Assembly: GCA_036666995.1 (NCBI GenBank)
Contig: JAVWUU010000001.1
Location: 1-63,336 of the forward strand
Source: Thermomonas sp.
GTDB lineage: Bacteria > Pseudomonadota > Gammaproteobacteria > Xanthomonadales > Xanthomonadaceae
Direction of reading: 5' to 3'
Length of the DNA: 63,336 nt
Below, one piece after another: positions 29,808 to 43,370 of the stretch. The notes beneath the pieces are model-generated. The model worked only from the letters and a program-made list of their open reading frames with translations. It ran no database searches and was not told where the DNA came from. The first letter of the stretch is position 1. Each line of letters opens with the position of its first letter. The position numbers and the translations under genes were made by a program.

Positions 29808-31958
29808 TCACTCGGCCGGCAAGTTCATTTCCTTCAGCAGCTGCGGCGCCGGATACACCTTCGCCAGCAGCCAGCGCAGGTAGCGCATGTCGACGTGGAT
29901 CGCGCGCTTGTAGCGCGGATCGAACATCCAGCTGGCGCTCACCGCTTCCCAGTTGCTGTCGAAGTTCAGGCCGATCAGCTTGCCGTTGGCATCCAGCACC
30001 GGCGAACCGGAGTTGCCGCCGGTGGTGTCGAGGTTGGTCATGAAGTCGACGGTCTGGGTCTTCAGCGTCGGGTCGATGGTCGTGCCGAAATCGCCCTTGG
30101 CGATCGCATCGAGCAGCGGCTTCGGCGCATCGAACGGTTCCACCCCGGTGTTCTTCTCGACGATGCCGGCGACCGTGGTCAGCGGGCGATAGTCCATGCC
30201 GTCGCGCGGACTCAACGGACTGACCTTGCCGTAGCTCACGCGCAGGGTGGAATTCGCATCCGGATACACCGCCTTGCCCTGCGACTCGCGATAGCCGATC
30301 AACGCCTGCATGTACGACGGGCGCAAGCGCATCAGTTCACCGCTGCGCTGCTTGCCTTCTTCCTCCAGGCGCATGAGGGCGGGCTGCAACGCGGCCGCCA
30401 GCTGCATCAGCGGATCGGTCGAGGCCAGGACGACATCAGGCGACGCCTTCATCAGCGCCAGTCGATCGGCTTCCACGCCGAGCCTGGTTGCAAGATAGAT
30501 CTTGTCCAGGTTCGCGCTGGCAATGGCGTCGTTGGCGCCGAATGCGGCATCGAACTCGGCAACGCGCTGCGCTGCCGGCAGTGCGTAGTAGCGCTTCAAT
30601 GCGTATCGCAATGTCGCCTTTTCGACCTCTGGATCGTAGCGGCGCTGCAGCTGCTTCAAGCCGCCTTCGATCAGCACCTCGTCGCGCTGCTGGAAGCCGG
30701 ACTCGCGCTGTGCGTCGGGCTTGCCGCGCTCCATCGCCAACCGGCGCAGGCTGATCGCGGAGCCGAGCAGGCCCGGGCGCAGGAACGGCAACAGGAAGTC
30801 GCGCTCGCGCGTGGCCTGTCCCGCATCCAGTTGCGCCTGCATCGCGCGGATGTCCGCCTGCAGCGCGGAAGCGTTCGGCTGCTTCGCCAGCCAGGCCAGC
30901 ATCGCGGATTCGTCTTCGCGACGCACGCGCACCGCATCGCTGCGGCGCAGGCCATCGAGTTCGCCCTGCGCGCGCTTCAACGTGTTCTTGTTGCCGGCGA
31001 CGGTGGAGGCGTACAGCACCTCCTTCGCCTTGTCGCCGGCGGTGGCGGTTTCGATGGTCTTGATCATGCCGCCGACCACGTCGACGCGTTTAGGCAACAG
31101 CCAGTCGATCTGGTTGGCGAATTCCGATGCAGTGCGATGACGGAAGGTGGTGCCCGGATAGCCGGCGACCATCGCGAAATCGCCGGCTTTCACCGGCGCG
31201 GTGGACACGGTGAGATGCGCGGGCGGCGCGTACGGCACGTTGTCCTTGCTGTACGCCGCCGGCTTGCCGTCCTTGCCGACGTAGGCGCGATAGAAGGTGA
31301 AGTCGCCGGTGTGGCGCGGCCACATGAAATTGTCGATGTCGTCGCCGTAGTTGCCGATCGAACGCGGTGGCGCGTACGCAAGGCGGATGTCCTTCAGTTC
31401 GAGTTGCTTGATCAGGTAGTACTCGCGGCCGTAATACATGCTCGCCACGCTGCAGCGATGGCCGGCGTCCTGCTCGCAGGCGGCGACCGCAGCCTTCTGC
31501 GCTGACTCCACCGCGTCGAAGTACGCACGTCCGGTCTTGCCCTTGGCGCCGGCCAGGATGCGATCGGTGACCTTGTCGAAGCCGACCGTGACCCAGATCC
31601 GCGCCGCGGGCCCGGCCGAAGGTTCATCGGCCATCGTCGCGGCGATGAAGCCATCCTGGATCAGGTTGCGCTCGGCGGTGGAATTCAGCTGGATCGCACC
31701 GAGCGCGCAATGGTGATTGGTGACCACCAGACCCTGCGGCGACACGAAGCTCGCGGTGCAACCACCCAGCGAAACCACTGCGCTCATCGGATGCCTGGTG
31801 AGATTGGCAAGGTCGGCCGGATTGCCCTTGAAGCCGGCGGCCTTCAGTTCCTTCGCCAGTTGCGGGAGTTGCGACGGCATCCACATGCCTTCATCGGCGT
31901 GTGCAGCTCCGCCGGCGAAAGCGAGTGCAAGGGTCAGGGCGGCAGGGCGCAAGCGCAT
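29808..31958 (-). CDS. S46 dipeptidyl peptidase, DPP11 type
   Basis: [31 protein letters not shown] (Ser at S1 position). Confidence 0.9.
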   Translation of the reverse strand: MRLRPAALTLALAFAGGAAHADEGMWMPSQLPQLAKELKAAGFKGNPADLANLTRHPMSAVVSLGGCTASFVSPQGLVVTNHHCALGAIQLNSTAERNLIQDGFIAATMADEPSAGPAARIWVTVGFDKVTDRILAGAKGKTGRAYFDAVESAQKAAVAACEQDAGHRCSVASMYYGREYYLIKQLELKDIRLAYAPPRSIGNYGDDIDNFMWPRHTGDFTFYRAYVGKDGKPAAYSKDNVPYAPPAHLTVSTAPVKAGDFAMVAGYPGTTFRHRTASEFANQIDWLLPKRVDVVGGMIKTIETATAGDKAKEVLYASTVAGNKNTLKRAQGELDGLRRSDAVRVRREDESAMLAWLAKQPNASALQADIRAMQAQLDAGQATRERDFLLPFLRPGLLGSAISLRRLAMERGKPDAQRESGFQQRDEVLIEGGLKQLQRRYDPEVEKATLRYALKRYYALPAAQRVAEFDAAFGANDAIASANLDKIYLATRLGVEADRLALMKASPDVVLASTDPLMQLAAALQPALMRLEEEGKQRSGELMRLRPSYMQALIGYRESQGKAVYPDANSTLRVSYGKVSPLSPRDGMDYRPLTTVAGIVEKNTGVEPFDAPKPLLDAIAKGDFGTTIDPTLKTQTVDFMTNLDTTGGNSGSPVLDANGKLIGLNFDSNWEAVSASWMFDPRYKRAIHVDMRYLRWLLAKVYPAPQLLKEMNLPAE

Positions 31959-32093
31959 TCAGGTTTCCTCGATCCAAATCAATTTCCCATTACATCACCG
32001 GATCCCGTGAAGGCGCGTGTGCCGGCGGTCATGGCGCAGGCCAGCGACGTGCGCGGCAGTAGAATGGCGGCCTTTCCCGCACGGTGGACTGCC

Positions 32094-33131
32094 ATGTCGC
32101 AGGCAACAATGAAGGCCTTGGTCAAGCGCGAGACCGGCAAGGGCATCTGGATGGAACAGGTGCCGGTACCGACGCCCGGTCCGAACGAGGTACTGATCAA
32201 ACTGGAAAAGACCGCGATCTGCGGTACCGACCTGCACATCTACCTGTGGGACGAGTGGAGCCAGCGCACGATCAAACCGGGACTGGTGATCGGCCACGAG
32301 TTCGTGGGCCGCATCGTCGACCTCGGCCCCGGCGTCACCGGCTACCAGCTCGGCCAGCGGGTCAGCGCGGAAGGCCACATTGTCTGCGGCCATTGCCGCA
32401 ACTGCCGCGCCGGCAAGCAGCACCTGTGCCCGAACACGGTCGGCATCGGCGTGAACCGCGATGGCGCGTTCGCCGAATACATCGTGATGCCGGCATCGAA
32501 CCTGTGGCCGATCCCGGACCAGATCCCGAGCGAGCTCGCCGCGTTCTTCGATCCCTACGGCAATGCCGCGCACTGCGCGCTGGAATTCGACGTGGTCGGC
32601 GAAGACGTGCTGATCACTGGCGCCGGTCCGATCGGCGTGATCGCCGCCGGCATCTGCAAGCACATCGGCGCGCGCAACGTGGTGGTCACCGACGTCAACG
32701 ACTTCCGGCTGAAGCTTGCCGCCGACATGGGCGCGACGCGCGTGGTCAACGTCGCCAACACCTCGCTCAAGGACGTGATGGCCGACCTGCACATGGAAGG
32801 CTTCGACGTGGGCCTGGAAATGAGCGGCAACCCGCGCGCCTTCAACGACATGCTCGATTGCATGTATCACGGCGGCAAGATCGCGATGCTCGGCATCATG
32901 CCCCAGGGTGCCGGCGCCGACTGGGACAAGATCATCTTCAAAGGCCTGACCATCCATGGCATGTACGGCCGCAAGATGTACGAGACCTGGTACAAGATGA
33001 CGCAACTGGTGCTGAGTGGCTTCCCGCTGGGCAAGGTGCTCACGCACCAACTGCCGATCGACGATTTCCAGAAGGGCTTCGACCTGATGGAAGGCGGCAA
33101 GTCGGGCAAGGTCGTGTTGAGCTGGAATTGA
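32094..33131 (+). CDS. tdh: L-threonine 3-dehydrogenase
   Basis: [15 protein letters not shown], Zn-binding Cys cluster, GAGPIG; alternative start at 32109. Confidence 0.96.
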   Translation: MSQATMKALVKRETGKGIWMEQVPVPTPGPNEVLIKLEKTAICGTDLHIYLWDEWSQRTIKPGLVIGHEFVGRIVDLGPGVTGYQLGQRVSAEGHIVCGHCRNCRAGKQHLCPNTVGIGVNRDGAFAEYIVMPASNLWPIPDQIPSELAAFFDPYGNAAHCALEFDVVGEDVLITGAGPIGVIAAGICKHIGARNVVVTDVNDFRLKLAADMGATRVVNVANTSLKDVMADLHMEGFDVGLEMSGNPRAFNDMLDCMYHGGKIAMLGIMPQGAGADWDKIIFKGLTIHGMYGRKMYETWYKMTQLVLSGFPLGKVLTHQLPIDDFQKGFDLMEGGKSGKVVLSWN

Positions 33132-33150
33132 GCGCGTCGCCGCTCTTCCG

Positions 33151-33226
33151 GTAGGAGCGGCTTCAGCCGCGAGCCCTTCGCTCGCGATCCGGAATGCAGA
33201 AAGCTCGCGGCTGAAGCCGCTCCTAC
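33151..33226. repeat. GTAG-family REP doublet (REPIN-like)
   Basis: GTAGGAGCGGCTTCAGCCGCGAGC ... GCTCGCGGCTGAAGCCGCTCCTAC perfect inverted pair. Confidence 0.9.
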
Positions 33227-33240
33227 CAAGAGCAACCACG

Positions 33241-34434
33241 ATGTCCCTGACCCAACGTTACGCCGACACCCTTGACGAGATCCGCGCCGCCGGCCTGTTC
33301 AAGTCCGAGCGCATCATCACCAGCCCGCAGTCGGCCGAGATCGAACTGGCCGATGGTCGCACGGTGCTGAATTTCTGCGCCAACAATTACCTCGGACTGG
33401 CGGATCATCCGGACATCATCGCGGCGGCCAAAGATGCACTGGATACGCATGGCTTCGGCATGGCGTCGGTGCGTTTCATCTGCGGCACCCAGGATCTGCA
33501 CAAGCAACTGGAAAAAACCATCGCCGAGTTCTTCGGCACCGAGGACACCATCCTCTATGCCGCCTGCTTCGATGCCAACGGCGGCCTGTTCGAGCCGCTG
33601 CTGGACGAACACGACGCGATCATCAGCGATGCACTCAACCATGCCTCGATCATCGATGGCGTGCGCCTGTGCAAGGCGAAGCGCTATCGCTACGCCAACT
33701 GCGACATGGCCGACCTGGAAACGCAGTTGCAGCAGGCCAAGGCCGATGGCGCGCGCACGACCATGGTCACCACCGATGGCGTGTTCTCGATGGATGGCTT
33801 CATCGCACCGTTGGACGAGATCACCGCACTCGCGAAGAAGTACGGCGCGCTGGTGCACATCGACGAATGCCATGCGACCGGCTTCCTCGGCGCCACCGGC
33901 CGCGGCTCTGCCGAGGTGAAGGGCGTGTTGGACCGTATCGACATTTTCACCGGCACGCTGGGCAAGGCGATGGGTGGCGCACTCGGCGGCTTCACCACCG
34001 CGAAGAAGGAAGTGATCGAACTCCTGCGCCAGCGTTCACGCCCGTACCTGTTCTCCAACTCGCTGCCGCCGCACGTGGTCGCCGCAGGCATCAAGGCCTT
34101 CGAGATGCTGTCCAGCGCAGGCGAGTTGCGCGAACAACTGCGCGAGAACACCACCTACTTCCGCACCCGCATGGTCGATGCCGGTTTCGACATCCGTCCC
34201 GGCGTGCATCCGATCAGCCCGGTGATGCTGTACGACGCTCCGCTCGCGCAGCGTTTCGCCGAACGTTTGCTCGAGGAAGGGATCTACGCGATCGGCTTCT
34301 TCTTCCCGGTGGTAGCGAAGGGCCAGGCGCGCATCCGCACGCAGATCAGCGCGGCGCACACCCGCGAGCACCTCGACCGCGCGATCGACGCCTTCGTCCG
34401 CATCGGCCATGAACTGGGCGTGCTGAAAGCCTGA
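33241..34434 (+). CDS. kbl: Glycine C-acetyltransferase
   Basis: [35 protein letters not shown]; follows tdh. Confidence 0.96.
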   Translation: MSLTQRYADTLDEIRAAGLFKSERIITSPQSAEIELADGRTVLNFCANNYLGLADHPDIIAAAKDALDTHGFGMASVRFICGTQDLHKQLEKTIAEFFGTEDTILYAACFDANGGLFEPLLDEHDAIISDALNHASIIDGVRLCKAKRYRYANCDMADLETQLQQAKADGARTTMVTTDGVFSMDGFIAPLDEITALAKKYGALVHIDECHATGFLGATGRGSAEVKGVLDRIDIFTGTLGKAMGGALGGFTTAKKEVIELLRQRSRPYLFSNSLPPHVVAAGIKAFEMLSSAGELREQLRENTTYFRTRMVDAGFDIRPGVHPISPVMLYDAPLAQRFAERLLEEGIYAIGFFFPVVAKGQARIRTQISAAHTREHLDRAIDAFVRIGHELGVLKA

Positions 34435-34438
34435 GGCC

Positions 34439-35191
34439 TCAGTCGCCGCCCAACGCGGCGACTTCCTGGGCAGTGAGCTCGCGCCACTGCCCCTTCGGCA
34501 ACTCGCCCAACTGCAACCTGCCGATCGCGACGCGCAGCAACCGCAACACGCCGATGTCGAGCGCCGCCAGCAACCGGCGGATCTGCCGGTTACGGCCTTC
34601 GTCCAGCACGATTTCCAGCCAGGCATTCTTTTCCCCGGCGCGCAGCACTACCGCCGACTTCGCGCGCAACGCTTCACCCTCGCAATCCACGCCCGCCTGC
34701 ATCGATGCCAGCGTGGTGGCATCGGGAATGCGGTCCACCTGCACGTGGTAGGTCTTGTCAGGACCACGGTCGGGCGAGGTGATCCGCGCGGCCCACTGCG
34801 GATCGTTGGTAAACAGCAGCAAGCCTTCGCTTGCCTTGTCGAGGCGACCCACCGGCGCGATGAACCCGAGATCCGCACCGTCGAAACAGCGGTACACGGT
34901 GTCACGGCCTTGCTCGTCGCGCAGCGTCGTCACCAGACCGCGCGGCTTGTTGAGCATCAGGTGCAGGGCTTGCCGCGGCGCGTCGTCGATGTCGCGTCCA
35001 TCGACGACGATGCGATGCCTGCCTGCAATCGTCGGGAATTCGGGATCGCGGACCACCCGGCCATCGACCTGCACGCGACCATCGCGGATCCATCCACCGG
35101 CCTGCGTGCGCGAGCACAGCCCGCGCTTGGACAGCGCGCGGGCCAATCCGATTCGGCGCAAGGCATCGGCCACGTCGTGACGAGCAGCCAC
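34439..35191 (-). CDS. rRNA pseudouridine synthase (RsuA family)
   Basis: S4-like N-terminus, LNKPRG, VGRLDKASEGLLL, EGRNRQIRR; start uncertain. Confidence 0.9.
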   Translation of the reverse strand: MAARHDVADALRRIGLARALSKRGLCSRTQAGGWIRDGRVQVDGRVVRDPEFPTIAGRHRIVVDGRDIDDAPRQALHLMLNKPRGLVTTLRDEQGRDTVYRCFDGADLGFIAPVGRLDKASEGLLLFTNDPQWAARITSPDRGPDKTYHVQVDRIPDATTLASMQAGVDCEGEALRAKSAVVLRAGEKNAWLEIVLDEGRNRQIRRLLAALDIGVLRLLRVAIGRLQLGELPKGQWRELTAQEVAALGGD

Positions 35192-35200
35192 GCTCGTGGA

Positions 35201-35710
35201 TTATTTCTTGGGCTTGTCCGCGGGAACCACGGCTGGCGGCGCGACGGGCTCTGCGGCGGGTGCATCCTTGCGACCGACAACGCGCACGCCCTTGGCCTTC
35301 ATCCAGGCATCGAACTCGTCGGCGGTCATGCGCTTGCCGTTCTGGGTCATGTCGAAGCGCCAAGGCGCGTTGTCGAACTCGGTTCGCGGCTTGTACGCCG
35401 CCGGATCACCGGGGCTGGCCACGCTCGCCGGCATCCTCGCCTTGGCCATCGCGCGGCAACCATCCAGGCGGATGCGCAGCAGCACGTTGTCGACAGAGAG
35501 AGCTTCGTCGAAGGACTGCGAGAGAACGCCGGTCGCGCCACCGAGTTGCGTGGTCGCTGGAGCCAGTTCGATGGCAACCGGCGAAATCAGGTTCGGCCGC
35601 ACGGGTACCACCGACAGCGCCTCGCCGTGGCAGGCATCACCGGCTGCATGCACCAGGCCGGGCATCGCAAGCAACAACAGGATGGACGATGCGCTGCGGA
35701 TCGATTGCAT
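35201..35710 (-). CDS. Exported hypothetical protein
   Basis: Signal peptide ending VHA; host codon usage; WRFDMTQNGKRMTADEFDAWM segment; no family assigned. Confidence 0.75.
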   Translation of the reverse strand: MQSIRSASSILLLLAMPGLVHAAGDACHGEALSVVPVRPNLISPVAIELAPATTQLGGATGVLSQSFDEALSVDNVLLRIRLDGCRAMAKARMPASVASPGDPAAYKPRTEFDNAPWRFDMTQNGKRMTADEFDAWMKAKGVRVVGRKDAPAAEPVAPPAVVPADKPKK

Positions 35711-35786
35711 GTTGGTTCCCCGATTGAGCCTGAAGTGTAGGTGTTCGCGCACGAAGGCCGCAATCGAGATCATCTCGCGATACCGC

Positions 35787-35819
35787 AAACGACGAAGCCC
35801 GGCACAAGGCCGGGCTTCG
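35787..35819 (-). terminator. Terminator of the ompA-like gene
   Basis: CGAAGCCCGGC/GCCGGGCTTCG stem followed by tcgttt on the minus strand. Confidence 0.65.
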
Positions 35820-35843
35820 CGTATTGCATTGCTGGCGACCAGA

Positions 35844-36926
35844 TTACTGGGCGTTCAGCTCGGTGCGGCGGTTGGTCTCGCTCTTGCAACCCGGCAGCGT
35901 CTGCGCGGTCTGCTCCAGCGGACGGCTCTCGCCGTAGCCGATCGGGCCGGCCAGGCGGCCGCCGTCGACACCGTTGCCGGTCAGGTAGTCGTACACGGCC
36001 TTGGCGCGACGCTCCGACAGCGACTGGTTGTACGCATCGGTGCCGCACAGGTCGGTGTGACCTGCGACTTCGACGCGCAGGTCGGGATAGCGCTTCAGGA
36101 TTTCGACGGCCTCGTTGAGGATCGCGACGGCATCCGGACGCAGGGTCGACTTGTCGAAGTCGAAGTTCACGCCCTTCAGGTCGATCGAGACCGGCACCGG
36201 GCAGCCGTCCGGACCGATGGTCTGGCCAGCCTGCGAACCCGGGCACTTGTCGTTGCAGTTGTTGACGCCGTCGCCGTCGTCATCCATATCCGCGCAGCTC
36301 GCTTCCGCGACCGGCGCCGGGGCAACCGGGGCAACCGGCTCCGGGCCAAGGGCCACGGTCAGGCCAACCGAAGCGAGCAGGTCGGTGAACAGATTCTCCT
36401 GCGCGCCGATACGGGCTTGCTGATCGTCGAAGTCGACGCGAGTGCCCACTTCCGTACGCAGGTCAACGCGACCGAAGTCGAACTGCAGACCGGCACCGAG
36501 ATTCAGGGCGAGGTTCGAATCTTCATGCTGACCAGGCGAGTTCGGGCTCGGGAACGCGCTGTACTCTTCCTCGTGACGCTGCCAGCCGATGCCGCCGCGC
36601 ACATAGGGCCACCACTTGGAATCCGCATTGCGGAAGTGGTAACGGGCATCCAAGGATGCGCCGTACTGGCTCCACCACAGGTTCGGATTGACGGTCTTGT
36701 CCGGATTCTGGTAGTTCAACTCCGCTTCCAGCGACAGATTCGGATTGATGAACTTGCCGAAGCCGAGGGTCACGAAGAGCGAATCTTCGGTCGCACGATC
36801 CTTGTCCTGGAAGTTCACGCCGGTCGAGCCGGAGACATACCAGCGATCATCAAACTCCTGGGCGGACGCAGCCTGCGCCATACCCAGACTACCCAGCAGG
36901 GCAGCGCAGAGGAGTTTCTTATTCAT
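35844..36926 (-). CDS. OmpA-family major outer membrane protein (OprF/MopB-like)
   Basis: Signal peptide, beta-barrel, Ca-binding-type DDDGDGV..DKCP repeat, GHTD...LSERRA...NRRTE. Confidence 0.93.
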   Translation of the reverse strand: MNKKLLCAALLGSLGMAQAASAQEFDDRWYVSGSTGVNFQDKDRATEDSLFVTLGFGKFINPNLSLEAELNYQNPDKTVNPNLWWSQYGASLDARYHFRNADSKWWPYVRGGIGWQRHEEEYSAFPSPNSPGQHEDSNLALNLGAGLQFDFGRVDLRTEVGTRVDFDDQQARIGAQENLFTDLLASVGLTVALGPEPVAPVAPAPVAEASCADMDDDGDGVNNCNDKCPGSQAGQTIGPDGCPVPVSIDLKGVNFDFDKSTLRPDAVAILNEAVEILKRYPDLRVEVAGHTDLCGTDAYNQSLSERRAKAVYDYLTGNGVDGGRLAGPIGYGESRPLEQTAQTLPGCKSETNRRTELNAQ

Positions 36927-37200
36927 GTTCAGCTCCTTGATCAGTAATAGAAACTAGTGACGCCAAATGATGTATTCAGACGGCTGAGTCCGCACGCCAT
37001 CCCGCATACAGTAATGGCGGCCACGTGAAAGCCGTGTTAACACTACCATAACAGTTACTTGCATGCAAAACGCATCGTGGCTTCCGGCATGGGACAAAGG
37101 CCTGGAGACAGCTGCCGACACCTCCCCACTTGCACGGCCGACGCCGCAATTTATCACGTCGGTCCGTGACGTACGCCCCGTTTTGCCTGTTTACCCGTGA

Positions 37201-39294
<2,094 letters not shown>

Positions 39295-39571
39295 TGCCCA
39301 CCTCCGAATAAAAACTCCAATCGAATCAGTGGCTTCCAGAATTCGCGTTCAGCTGGCGTTGGGGTAAGCGCCCCTAAGGTGCGCCCACTTTCCGCCCTGC
39401 CCGGACGCGACCCTCGCGCATAGGCAGGCCACCGGCCCCCTGCACTGAGCGGCGGGCCCGGGCAAAGGCCGCCATAGAGCTGCCGCCCTCCCCAGTACGC
39501 CATGACGCCTGCATTGCCATCGGCTGACCCCGATGCCCGTGCCTGCGCCGCAACGGAGCAAGGAGTTCGAC

Positions 39572-40033
39572 ATGAAACTGGCCTGGATCCTCTGGCTGTC
39601 AAGCAATGTGCTGCCGCAACCGGCCGCAGATTCACTGTGCCTGTCCACCACGGTCTACCTGGAGGCACGCGATCAATCGGCCCGCGGCCAGCAGGCGGTC
39701 GCCGAGGTCGCCCTGCGTCGCCGCGACAGCGGCCTGTGGGGCCGCAACGTCTGCCAGGTGGTCACCGCCCGCAAGCAGTTCGCGCCGACGATCGTGTCCC
39801 CGCAGACGCGGCTGTCGAACACCGAAGCCTGGGCCGAGGCCGTCACCATCGCCCTCGAGTCCGAGCACAACTGGTCGCTGCCGAAGGGCCAGCGCCGAGA
39901 GATCGTGCCGGGCGCCAGCCACTTCATGGCGCATGCGATCGCCAGCCCGAGCTGGCGCAATGCCTACCAGGTCGCCACCATCGGCGACCACACCTTCCTG
40001 CAGGTGCAGAAACTCAAGCCGCGACGGACCTGA
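39572..40033 (+). CDS. Cell wall hydrolase (SleB/Hydrolase_2)
   Basis: CLSTTVYLEARDQ..GQ.AVAEV, C.VV...QF, IGDHTF; AAGGAG SD. Confidence 0.88.
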   Translation: MKLAWILWLSSNVLPQPAADSLCLSTTVYLEARDQSARGQQAVAEVALRRRDSGLWGRNVCQVVTARKQFAPTIVSPQTRLSNTEAWAEAVTIALESEHNWSLPKGQRREIVPGASHFMAHAIASPSWRNAYQVATIGDHTFLQVQKLKPRRT

Positions 40034-40073
40034 TGCGGATCGACCGATCCGGAATCGACACGATATCCGCCCA

Positions 40074-40104
40074 CGAAAAAGCCGCGCAATGCGCGGCTTT
40101 TTCG
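40074..40104. terminator. Bidirectional intrinsic terminator
   Basis: CGAAAAAGCCGCGCA-a-TGCGCGGCTTTTTCG between convergent genes. Confidence 0.85.
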
Positions 40105-40123
40105 TTACCTGGCCGACGACGAC

Positions 40124-41299
40124 TCAGCGCTTGTCGAGCGGCACGTACTCGCGATCTTCCGGCCCGGTGTAGTTGGCGCTGGGGCGGATGATCTTGCCGT
40201 CGATGCGCTGCTCGATCACGTGCGCGCTCCAGCCGCTGGTACGCGCGATCACGAACAACGGGGTGAACATGGCGGTGGGCACGCCCATCATGTGGTAGCT
40301 CACCGCGCTGAACCAGTCGAGGTTCGGGAACATCTTCTTGATGTCCCACATCACCGATTCCAGGCGCTCGGCGATGTCGTACATCTTCAGGTCGCCCTGC
40401 TCAGCCGACAGCTCGCGCGCGACGTCCTTGATCACCTGGTTGCGCGGATCGGACACCGTGTACACCGGATGGCCGAAACCGATCACCACTTCCTTGCGCT
40501 CGACGCGCGCCTTGATGTCCGCCTCGGCCTCATCGGGCGAGTCGTAGCGCTTCTGCACTTCGAATGCGACCTCGTTGGCGCCGCCGTGCTTCGGGCCGCG
40601 CAGCGCACCGATCGCACCGGTGATGCAGGAATGCATGTCGCTGCCGGTGCCGGCGATCACGCGCGCGGTGAACGTCGACGCGTTGAACTCGTGCTCCGCG
40701 TACAGGATCAAGCTGGTGTGCATGGCCCGCACCCACGAGTCGCGCGGCGCCTCGCCGTGCAGCAGGTGCAGGAAGTGGCCGCCGATGCTGTCGTCGTCAG
40801 TCTCGACGTCGATGGCGCGGCCGTTGTGGCTCCAGTGGTACCAGTACAGCAGCATCGAGCCGAGCGAGGCCATCAGCTTGTCGGCGATGTCGCGCGCGCC
40901 CGGATGGTTGTGGTCGTCCTTCTCCGGCGACACGCAGCCCAGCACCGACACGCCGGTGCGCATCACGTCCATCGGATGCGCCGACGGCGGCAGTTCTTCC
41001 AGCGCCGACTTCACTGCGGCCGGGATGCCGCGCAACGATTTCAGCTTGGCCTTGTAGCCGGCCAGTTCCGCCTTGTTCGGCAGCTTGCCGTGCACCAGCA
41101 GGTAGGCGATCTCCTCGAACTCGCTGGTATTGGCGAAGTCGAGGATGTCGTAGCCGCGGTAATGCAGGTCGTTGCCGCTGCGGCCGACCGTGCACAACGC
41201 GGTGTTGCCGGCGGCGGTGCCGCTCAGGGCGACGGATTTCTTCGGCTTGAACGTGCCGGCAGAAGCGGGGCCGGCGGCAGCGGGTGCTTGATCGCTCAT
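40124..41299 (-). CDS. prpC: 2-methylcitrate synthase
   Basis: [42 protein letters not shown]. Confidence 0.96.
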   Translation of the reverse strand: MSDQAPAAAGPASAGTFKPKKSVALSGTAAGNTALCTVGRSGNDLHYRGYDILDFANTSEFEEIAYLLVHGKLPNKAELAGYKAKLKSLRGIPAAVKSALEELPPSAHPMDVMRTGVSVLGCVSPEKDDHNHPGARDIADKLMASLGSMLLYWYHWSHNGRAIDVETDDDSIGGHFLHLLHGEAPRDSWVRAMHTSLILYAEHEFNASTFTARVIAGTGSDMHSCITGAIGALRGPKHGGANEVAFEVQKRYDSPDEAEADIKARVERKEVVIGFGHPVYTVSDPRNQVIKDVARELSAEQGDLKMYDIAERLESVMWDIKKMFPNLDWFSAVSYHMMGVPTAMFTPLFVIARTSGWSAHVIEQRIDGKIIRPSANYTGPEDREYVPLDKR

Positions 41300-41317
41300 G
41301 GTGGATTCCTTCGTGGC

Positions 41318-42196
41318 TTACTTGGTCTGCGCGAACAGCGCGTCGAGCTTGTCTTCGTAGGCGTGGTAGCCCAGGAAGTCGTAGAGCTCTGCGCGGGTCT
41401 GCAGGGTGTCGACGATGTGCTTCTGGGTGCCATCGCGGCGCACGGTCTCGTAGAAGTTGAGCGCCGCCTTGTTCATCGCGCGATAAGCGCCGCAGCAGTA
41501 CAGCGCGATGTCGACGCCGGCATCGCGCAATTCGTCGGTGGTGTAGAACGGGGTGCTGCCGAATTCGGTGAGGTTGGCGAGGACCGGCACCTTCACCGCG
41601 GCCTTGACCTTGCGGTAATCGTCGAGCGAGGTCATCGCTTCCGGGAACACCATGTCGGCACCGGCTTCGACGTAGGCCACCGCACGCTCGATCGCGCTGT
41701 CGAGGCCTTCCACCGCGGCGGCATCGGTGCGCGCCATGATCACGAACGACGCGTCGGTGCGCGCATCGACCGCCGACTTCACCCGATCGACCATTTCCTG
41801 CGTCGACACCACTTCCTTGCCGGGACGATGGCCGCAGCGCTTCTGACCGACCTGGTCTTCCATGTGCACTGCGGCCACGCCGATGCGCTCGAAGTTGCGG
41901 ATGGTGCGGCCGATGTTGAACGCCCCACCCCAACCGGTGTCGATGTCGACCAGCAGCGGCATGCCGGTGGCATCCACGATGCGGCGCGCGTCGGTCAGTA
42001 CGTCCTCCATCGTGGAGATGCCGAGGTCGGGCACGCCCAGCGAATTGGCAGCGACGCCACCTCCGGAGAGGTAGAGCGCCTTGTAGCCGGTGCGCTTGGC
42101 CATCAGGCCGGCATAGGCGGTGATCGCGCCCATCACCTGCAGCGGGGATTCGGCGGAAAGGGCGGCACGGAAGCGTGCGCCTGCGGTCTCGGACAT
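41318..42196 (-). CDS. prpB: Methylisocitrate lyase
   Basis: [26 protein letters not shown]. Confidence 0.96.
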   Translation of the reverse strand: MSETAGARFRAALSAESPLQVMGAITAYAGLMAKRTGYKALYLSGGGVAANSLGVPDLGISTMEDVLTDARRIVDATGMPLLVDIDTGWGGAFNIGRTIRNFERIGVAAVHMEDQVGQKRCGHRPGKEVVSTQEMVDRVKSAVDARTDASFVIMARTDAAAVEGLDSAIERAVAYVEAGADMVFPEAMTSLDDYRKVKAAVKVPVLANLTEFGSTPFYTTDELRDAGVDIALYCCGAYRAMNKAALNFYETVRRDGTQKHIVDTLQTRAELYDFLGYHAYEDKLDALFAQTK

Positions 42197-42260
42197 GGCG
42201 TCATGTTCCTTGGGCGGAGTCAGCCATTTTAGCGCGTCGGCCGAAGCGGTCGGCACCCGA

Positions 42261-43268
42261 CTAAAGTCCCGACCGGATCCGTTCCTTCAGTGCAGCCAAT
42301 GCGTCGGGGCCGAGTTCCCCCAGCACGCCACGGCTGGCCTCGGGGATATGCGCGGCAGGATCGGTGTCGCCGAAGACGTAATGGTCGAACAGCGCGCGCC
42401 AGTCCTGCCGTTCCTTCGCCGGCAATGCCGCGAACGCCAGCCGTGCATGCAACAGTGCGCCGAGCGCAGGCGCGGTCGCGCGCCCCTCGAGCTGCGCCGG
42501 CATCCACCAGTAGTTCACCAGCGCATTGAGCGGCTCCAGCGACTCGACCTGGTGCCACCACAGCGGCGGCATATAGAGCGCATCGCCAGGTTCGAGTTCC
42601 GCGACCAACGCATTCGCCAGTGCCTCGCGCAGGCGTGGATGGCGTTCGAAGTCCGGCTGGTCGGGTCGTGCCAGGGTGATCGCGGCGCCGGTCGGCGCGA
42701 AATCCAGCGGTCCGATGTAGAGGTTCGCCACTTGGTCGGTCGGGAACAGGGTGAAGCGGCGACGTCCGCATGCGACCACCGCGATGTTGTGCGACGCGTC
42801 GAAATGCGCGGGCGTGGTGACCCGGTTGCCAACCCACAATCGTGGCGACACGGATGGCGGCAGGCACGACATCGGATGCGTGTCGATGAATGCCGGTATG
42901 CATTCGCTGATCAACGCGCTTTGCAATGCCAGGCCCGGCACGGACCCTTCGTTGCGGCTGTACGCGGCCAGGCGTTGCAACGCCTCGGTGACGCCGACCT
43001 TGAAGTGCTGGTAGTTGAAGCCGTCGAGCGCCTCGTTGTAGCCGACCACGCCTTCGGCCTCGGGCGGCATGCGCAACACATCGACCTGCGTGCCGTTGTC
43101 GAAGGCCGCGACCGCCTGCGCGAAGTCGCCGTAGGAACGCTGCGCGGCCTGCACCAAGGGCCACTCGCGGCACAGTCCACGGATGACCAGCGGCTTGCCC
43201 CCCGCTACCGCATCGGCCAACGCGAAATCGCGTGCGTCATTGGCGAATTCGGGGATGGGTGCGCTCAT
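42261..43268 (-). CDS. JmjC/Cupin_8 family 2OG-Fe(II) oxygenase-like protein
   Basis: LWVG...AHFD...[20 protein letters not shown]...VNYWW. Confidence 0.88.
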   Translation of the reverse strand: MSAPIPEFANDARDFALADAVAGGKPLVIRGLCREWPLVQAAQRSYGDFAQAVAAFDNGTQVDVLRMPPEAEGVVGYNEALDGFNYQHFKVGVTEALQRLAAYSRNEGSVPGLALQSALISECIPAFIDTHPMSCLPPSVSPRLWVGNRVTTPAHFDASHNIAVVACGRRRFTLFPTDQVANLYIGPLDFAPTGAAITLARPDQPDFERHPRLREALANALVAELEPGDALYMPPLWWHQVESLEPLNALVNYWWMPAQLEGRATAPALGALLHARLAFAALPAKERQDWRALFDHYVFGDTDPAAHIPEASRGVLGELGPDALAALKERIRSGL

Positions 43269-43316
43269 GCGATGAGACCGGCGAGGACTGCGCGCAGTGT
43301 GCGTGACCGACGCCGG

Positions 43317-43350
43317 AAACGAAAACGCCGGGCAATGCCCGGCGTTTCGT
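43317..43350 (-). terminator. Terminator downstream of mdh
   Basis: AAACGCCGGGCA/TGCCCGGCGTTT stem followed by ttttcgttt on the minus strand. Confidence 0.7.
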
Positions 43351-43370
43351 GAAGCGAATGGCTTCGCGGA

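Noticed and set aside
27574-31958. Near-identical DNA stretches at about 29030-29100 and 31235-31325
   Set aside because: Explained by conserved coding motifs of the two S46 paralogs
39295-39571. Possible c-di-GMP-I riboswitch (GGGCAAA at about 39460) in the long leader of the cell wall hydrolase
   Set aside because: The GNRA tetraloop/receptor and second conserved stem could not be found; a cmscan would settle it
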